64,000 bases of DNA from a virus: IMG/VR virus record IMGVR_UViG_3300033889_000069, positions 33,591 to 97,590 of that record; one strand, given 5' to 3'. Under the pieces are notes generated by a model, which worked only from the letters and a program-made list of their open reading frames with translations, had not been told where the DNA came from and ran no database searches. The position numbers and the translations under genes were made by a program. Below, in pieces: positions 60,276-64,000 of this stretch (within the stretch, counting starts at the first letter, position 1; every line of letters starts with the position of its first letter).

Positions 60276-60820
60276 GTCGCTCCTATGTAGAAGAGATTCT
60301 CCACGAGTGGAAACCAAAGATCCAGATACTGATCGCACGGTCCGCTTTTGGAGCAGAAGATAAAGGCTTACTTGAGAATGAACTTCTTGAGAAGGTCTAC
60401 GATTGTATTAGCAGTTACGACGCGTCATATGACGTGGAGTTTTCTACATTCACCAATAAGTGCCTCCAGAATCATATTCAGGTCTACCTCAGACGTGAGC
60501 AACGCAAGAAGCATGCATTCATATCGGACGCTGTGTCCCTTGATTATTCCATAGAAGATGGGGACACGATCTCAGAGCTTATTCCCGACAAGAAGAACCC
60601 CAATGCAGATGCGATAGTCCTAAGCATCATGCTAGAAGAACTCCTGGACTTACTTCCTGATGTTTGTAAAGACATCATCAAACTGCTTGGCGAAGGACTC
60701 ACAGAGGCAGAGATCGGAAAGGCAATTGGTGAAGAGACACTTCTGGTGAGGTGTTATATCGAGGAATGCATCAGACCGTTGATGCAGGAACTCTTAGCTG
60801 ATGAGGACAAGGATGAGTGA
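60272..60820 (+). CDS. Phage sigma70-family RNA polymerase sigma factor
   Basis: YD....FSTF....LQNHI..YLR (region 2), VSLD, GLTEAEIGKAIG (region 4 HTH). Confidence 0.75.
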   Translation: MSRSYVEEILHEWKPKIQILIARSAFGAEDKGLLENELLEKVYDCISSYDASYDVEFSTFTNKCLQNHIQVYLRREQRKKHAFISDAVSLDYSIEDGDTISELIPDKKNPNADAIVLSIMLEELLDLLPDVCKDIIKLLGEGLTEAEIGKAIGEETLLVRCYIEECIRPLMQELLADEDKDE

Positions 60821-61148
60821 CGAAAAGACTCAAGAAGAGCAAGGACAGGTAGAGCTTCCAGCGAAGCTCTTTAGGTATGACTCCAAGACGAGGGATCAAG
60901 TCATAGCGATTGATCCTGTCCAGATTGGAGAGATTCTCCAAATGTCTATGGAGATAACCTCTGGTGACTATGAGGGAGAGATAGAAGGCATAGCTTTCAA
61001 GTCTATTGTTCCAAGAACAGCAATTGCCTTACCAGGGCAGAAGCCACAGGGAATCCCTCATGTCCTACTACAGATAAAATGGAAGAAGAAGGGAGGTGTA
61101 ATACAAGTTGTCGATGGCAAACTATCCGACAAACCTACTGGAGTGTAA
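60813..61148 (+). CDS. Hypothetical protein
   Basis: Coupled ORF. Confidence 0.6.
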   Translation: MSDEKTQEEQGQVELPAKLFRYDSKTRDQVIAIDPVQIGEILQMSMEITSGDYEGEIEGIAFKSIVPRTAIALPGQKPQGIPHVLLQIKWKKKGGVIQVVDGKLSDKPTGV

Positions 61149-61728
61149 CCTGTGTTCTATCCGAGAGGAAGCTACACAGGTTGTTCCTGGTTGTGGTCCA
61201 AAGCCAGCAGACATAATGTTCATAGGGCAAAACCCTGGAGACAAAGAAGATGAAGCTGGAACATCCATAATCGGGCCTTCTGGGAAGTGGCTAGATAGAA
61301 TACTCAAGGCTATCTGCCACAGCAGGGATGAAGTATACATAACGAATACTGTTAAGTGCCGAACCCCTGACAATCGTCTACCAGAAGCAGAAGAGATAGA
61401 AACCTGCGCCTATTGGTTGATCAAAGAAGTAAAGGAAGTCAATCCTGTCTTGGTCATTCCTCTTGGAGCAGTTGCTATGCAAGCAGTATTGTGCACCCCT
61501 CCAGATGCCAGGATAACTGAGCACGCAGGTAAGGTAGCTAAGAGTCCTTTGGCCATCTTTAAGGATAGAACTATACTGCCGCTTTTACACCCACAGACAC
61601 TTGCTTACAATAGGACTCGAAACTATGAGCCGTATTGTCAGCACGTGGCAAACCTGTTCCAAGTTCTCATAGACCTCGGAATACTTGAGGCAAATACAGA
61701 GAATTGGAGGGAGGGTTTCAGGTTTTGA
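61108..61728 (+). CDS. Uracil-DNA glycosylase, family 4-like
   Basis: CNLC, FIGQNPG..ED..G...GPSG, YITNTVKCR.P.NR.P, LGAVA, HP. Confidence 0.88.
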   Translation: MSMANYPTNLLECNLCSIREEATQVVPGCGPKPADIMFIGQNPGDKEDEAGTSIIGPSGKWLDRILKAICHSRDEVYITNTVKCRTPDNRLPEAEEIETCAYWLIKEVKEVNPVLVIPLGAVAMQAVLCTPPDARITEHAGKVAKSPLAIFKDRTILPLLHPQTLAYNRTRNYEPYCQHVANLFQVLIDLGILEANTENWREGFRF

Positions 61729-62453
61729 TAGGTGTTATCCTAGCAGCAGGCAAAGGAAAGAGACTTGGCAAGCTGACCCTCCAGCAGCCTAAGCCGATGG
61801 TTCCCGTAGGTGGAAGACCTGCTATAACTTACGTCATCGATGGAATGCGGAAAGCAGGAGTTGAGGACATAGTTGTAGTTAGGAAGTATCTTGGAGATAT
61901 TCTTAGGGATTATCTGGCAGCAGAGTATCCTGGTATTAAGTGTGTCTATCAAGGTGACACCTACGGGACAGCATCGGCCTTAATGGCAGCTAGGTCTCAG
62001 GTTCCAAATCGAGAAGAACTCATGGTCGCATATGGCGACATTATAGCTGTTCCAGATGACATTTACTCTGAAGTCCGAGCCCAGTTCATGGCTAGAAAGT
62101 CTTCAGCTGTCCTGGCAGTGAACTGGACTGAGACTCCAGAATCGTGTGGAGTAATAGAGATCAAGCCTACCGGAGAGGTAGCAAAGATTCATGAGAAGGT
62201 TCCTAACCCTCCATCGAATCTCAACAATACTGGAATCTTCTGTTTCAAGTATAACATCTTCCAGTTTCTCCGGTATGTAGTCCCTGATGCCAAAGGAGAG
62301 TTCAATCTTGTAGATGCGATAAATACAGCTTGTGACTATACTTCTGTTAATGCTGTAGAATACAAGGGCGAGCTTTTCGATATTGGATCACTAGATAAAT
62401 TGGCGGAGGCCAATGAGAGATTAGGAGCAATGGATGCCCGAAGAAAGTTTTGA
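61725..62453 (+). CDS. Sugar-1-phosphate nucleotidyltransferase
   Basis: ILAAGKGKRL..LT...PKPM, GTA, YGD, EK, NTGI, DIG. Confidence 0.9.
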   Translation: MIGVILAAGKGKRLGKLTLQQPKPMVPVGGRPAITYVIDGMRKAGVEDIVVVRKYLGDILRDYLAAEYPGIKCVYQGDTYGTASALMAARSQVPNREELMVAYGDIIAVPDDIYSEVRAQFMARKSSAVLAVNWTETPESCGVIEIKPTGEVAKIHEKVPNPPSNLNNTGIFCFKYNIFQFLRYVVPDAKGEFNLVDAINTACDYTSVNAVEYKGELFDIGSLDKLAEANERLGAMDARRKF

Positions 62454-63147
62454 AGAGTTTGATGAGCGACCAGTAAGGAGAGCACCTGCTCCTAAGTCTG
62501 AGGGCGAGAGTGACTTTCCTATTGGTCCAGAAGAACTGCTACAGATAGATGTTGAACTTCCGAACCTCGGAAAGAAGGTCAGACATGACCTGTTCAACAC
62601 TCTACATAACAAGGCTTTAGAAGACCCCTTCAGTCTCAACGAAGAGATGAACAAAGCCCCTGTTTGGTATGCCTATTATGGCACTCTCAGTGCAGAGGCT
62701 GACTTCGCACTCTCCGAAGCAGAAGAAGAATACGATGCCTGGTATGCTCTAGCATACGAAGTCGCCAAAGACTACCTCGAAGGAAAGTATGACAAGGTCA
62801 CAGAGACCATGATCAAAACTACCATTCCTGGTATGTTCCGAGACAAGGCAACGTGGTTTATCTCTACCGGAGAATATGACGAAGATAAGAAGGAGTATCT
62901 AAGAGAGGAAGTCGAGCTAGTCTCTTACAAAGAGGCTCGCCAGAAGAAAAGGGAGGCAGAGAAGAATGCGAATGTGATGAAAGTCTACGCGAAGAGCATG
63001 CAGTTCAAGATAGCACTGCTGCCCTCGCAATTGAGCCTGGCACGCTCACTGCTAGAGAACCCAGAGATGAGAAGTCTCAAGAGAAACAAAGATGGAGTGG
63101 TAAGCTCCGACGAAGCAAAGATACAAAAAGAGACAAGGAGTAAATGA
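62434..63147 (+). CDS. Helical protein, possibly UvsY-like recombination mediator
   Basis: Coiled-coil with KVTE..IK motif, directly upstream of SSB. Confidence 0.45.
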   Translation: MPEESFEEFDERPVRRAPAPKSEGESDFPIGPEELLQIDVELPNLGKKVRHDLFNTLHNKALEDPFSLNEEMNKAPVWYAYYGTLSAEADFALSEAEEEYDAWYALAYEVAKDYLEGKYDKVTETMIKTTIPGMFRDKATWFISTGEYDEDKKEYLREEVELVSYKEARQKKREAEKNANVMKVYAKSMQFKIALLPSQLSLARSLLENPEMRSLKRNKDGVVSSDEAKIQKETRSK

Positions 63148-63148
63148 C

Positions 63149-64000
63149 ATGGCAGTAGATGAAAAAGAGATCGGAACTATGCCAGGTTTCGATGAAGACT
63201 ATGAGAGCTTCCAGAGTGATTGGGAAGATGCTCATCAGTCTGTCCAGCGTGGTGGTTCCACGCTCATTCGTCAGCAGGACCTCAAGCTTGGTGAGACCAA
63301 GATCAGAATCGTTGAGGCTGCTAGGTTCTTCTCCGCTTGGACACACACTGTCCAGGACACGAGTAACAAGTATCGCAAACTGATATGCCGGGGCCGCAAG
63401 GAGATCATGAAAGACAAGACCAGAAAGCCCCGCATGGACCCTGACTTCTGCCCCGTCTGCGAGCATGTCCTCGCTGAGCAGGACGAGCGTGGTTATCCGA
63501 AGCAGAAGTTCTACTTCAGGATCATCAGCCGAACCCGCCAGAAGGAATGCTATGAGCAGGGTATCGAGGATGAGATTCTCATCCTTGAGGCTGGCCCTCA
63601 GCTCTTTGATGCCATCTACGCTATCGCAACGAGTCCTGACTACAAGGAAGACTTGTTCGAGGAAGATGGCAAGACTCCGCTCATGGACCCAAAGAACCCT
63701 GAAGTTCAGGCTCAGAGGATAAACCTTGCCCGGTTCGACCTGACAATCAAGAAAGAGAAGACCGGGAACCAGGACTACGACGTGAAGTATACAGTCCTGG
63801 CTGGAGGTCCGAAGACCTGGGGTCCGTTGACTGAAGCTGAGCAGGCAGTTGTGGACAAGGGTCTTCCTCCTGTCGAGTGGCTGATCACGCCAGCTTCTGA
63901 TGAGAAGATCCACGAAGTCCTCCACGGTGAGTCGTCTTCAGATGATGAGCCTGAACAGGCCAGGGGGTCTCGAACTTCCAAGAAGGGCGCGGGTGCTGGT
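63149..64000 (+). CDS. T4 gp32-like single-stranded DNA-binding protein, partial
   Basis: Not in ORF track (runs off end); MAVDEKE...KIRIV...H...C...CPVCE...FDLTIKK...Y.V; acidic tail begins. Confidence 0.75.
   Translation, partial: MAVDEKEIGTMPGFDEDYESFQSDWEDAHQSVQRGGSTLIRQQDLKLGETKIRIVEAARFFSAWTHTVQDTSNKYRKLICRGRKEIMKDKTRKPRMDPDFCPVCEHVLAEQDERGYPKQKFYFRIISRTRQKECYEQGIEDEILILEAGPQLFDAIYAIATSPDYKEDLFEEDGKTPLMDPKNPEVQAQRINLARFDLTIKKEKTGNQDYDVKYTVLAGGPKTWGPLTEAEQAVVDKGLPPVEWLITPASDEKIHEVLHGESSSDDEPEQARGSRTSKKGAGAG

Noticed and set aside
63077..63925. 282-aa minus-strand ORF
   Set aside because: Shadow of the plus-strand SSB gene that runs off the window end.
1..64000. Alternative genetic code, integrase/att site or tRNA genes
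   Set aside because: Core genes are full length in the standard code; no recombinase or tRNA was recognised in this window.

Overview
This window is part of a large tailed bacteriophage genome (standard genetic code, strong GGAGG/GGAGGTG Shine-Dalgarno sites, sigma70-type promoters) with two divergent arms. The minus-strand arm (1 to ~23.5 kb) is the morphogenesis region: small and large terminase, PBSX-like portal, ClpP plus XkdF-type protease/scaffold, major capsid, head-tail proteins, major tail protein, a frameshifted tail chaperone and a partial tape measure. It is interleaved with four glycosyltransferase domains, a GmhB-like heptose phosphatase and a methyltransferase. The plus-strand arm (~24 to 64 kb) carries many small early ORFs and repair/replication genes (mini PolX, ATP-dependent ligase, SNF2 helicase, DnaC-like loader, DnaB, primase, sigma factor, UDG, SSB). 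Eight paralogous free-standing HNH endonucleases are scattered across both arms. The most notable signals are: (i) a promoter-driven, ~780-nt, highly base-paired non-coding RNA candidate at 27.19-27.97 kb; (ii) a candidate virion glycosylation system whose GT9 enzyme carries YqbF-like N-terminal repeats directly after the capsid gene; (iii) an 18-bp motif repeated 7 times, six copies at gene ends and oriented with transcription; (iv) an early transcript with a boxA-like element and a cascade of mutually exclusive gene-flanking helices. All calls come from reading the sequence by eye; no database search or folding program was run.
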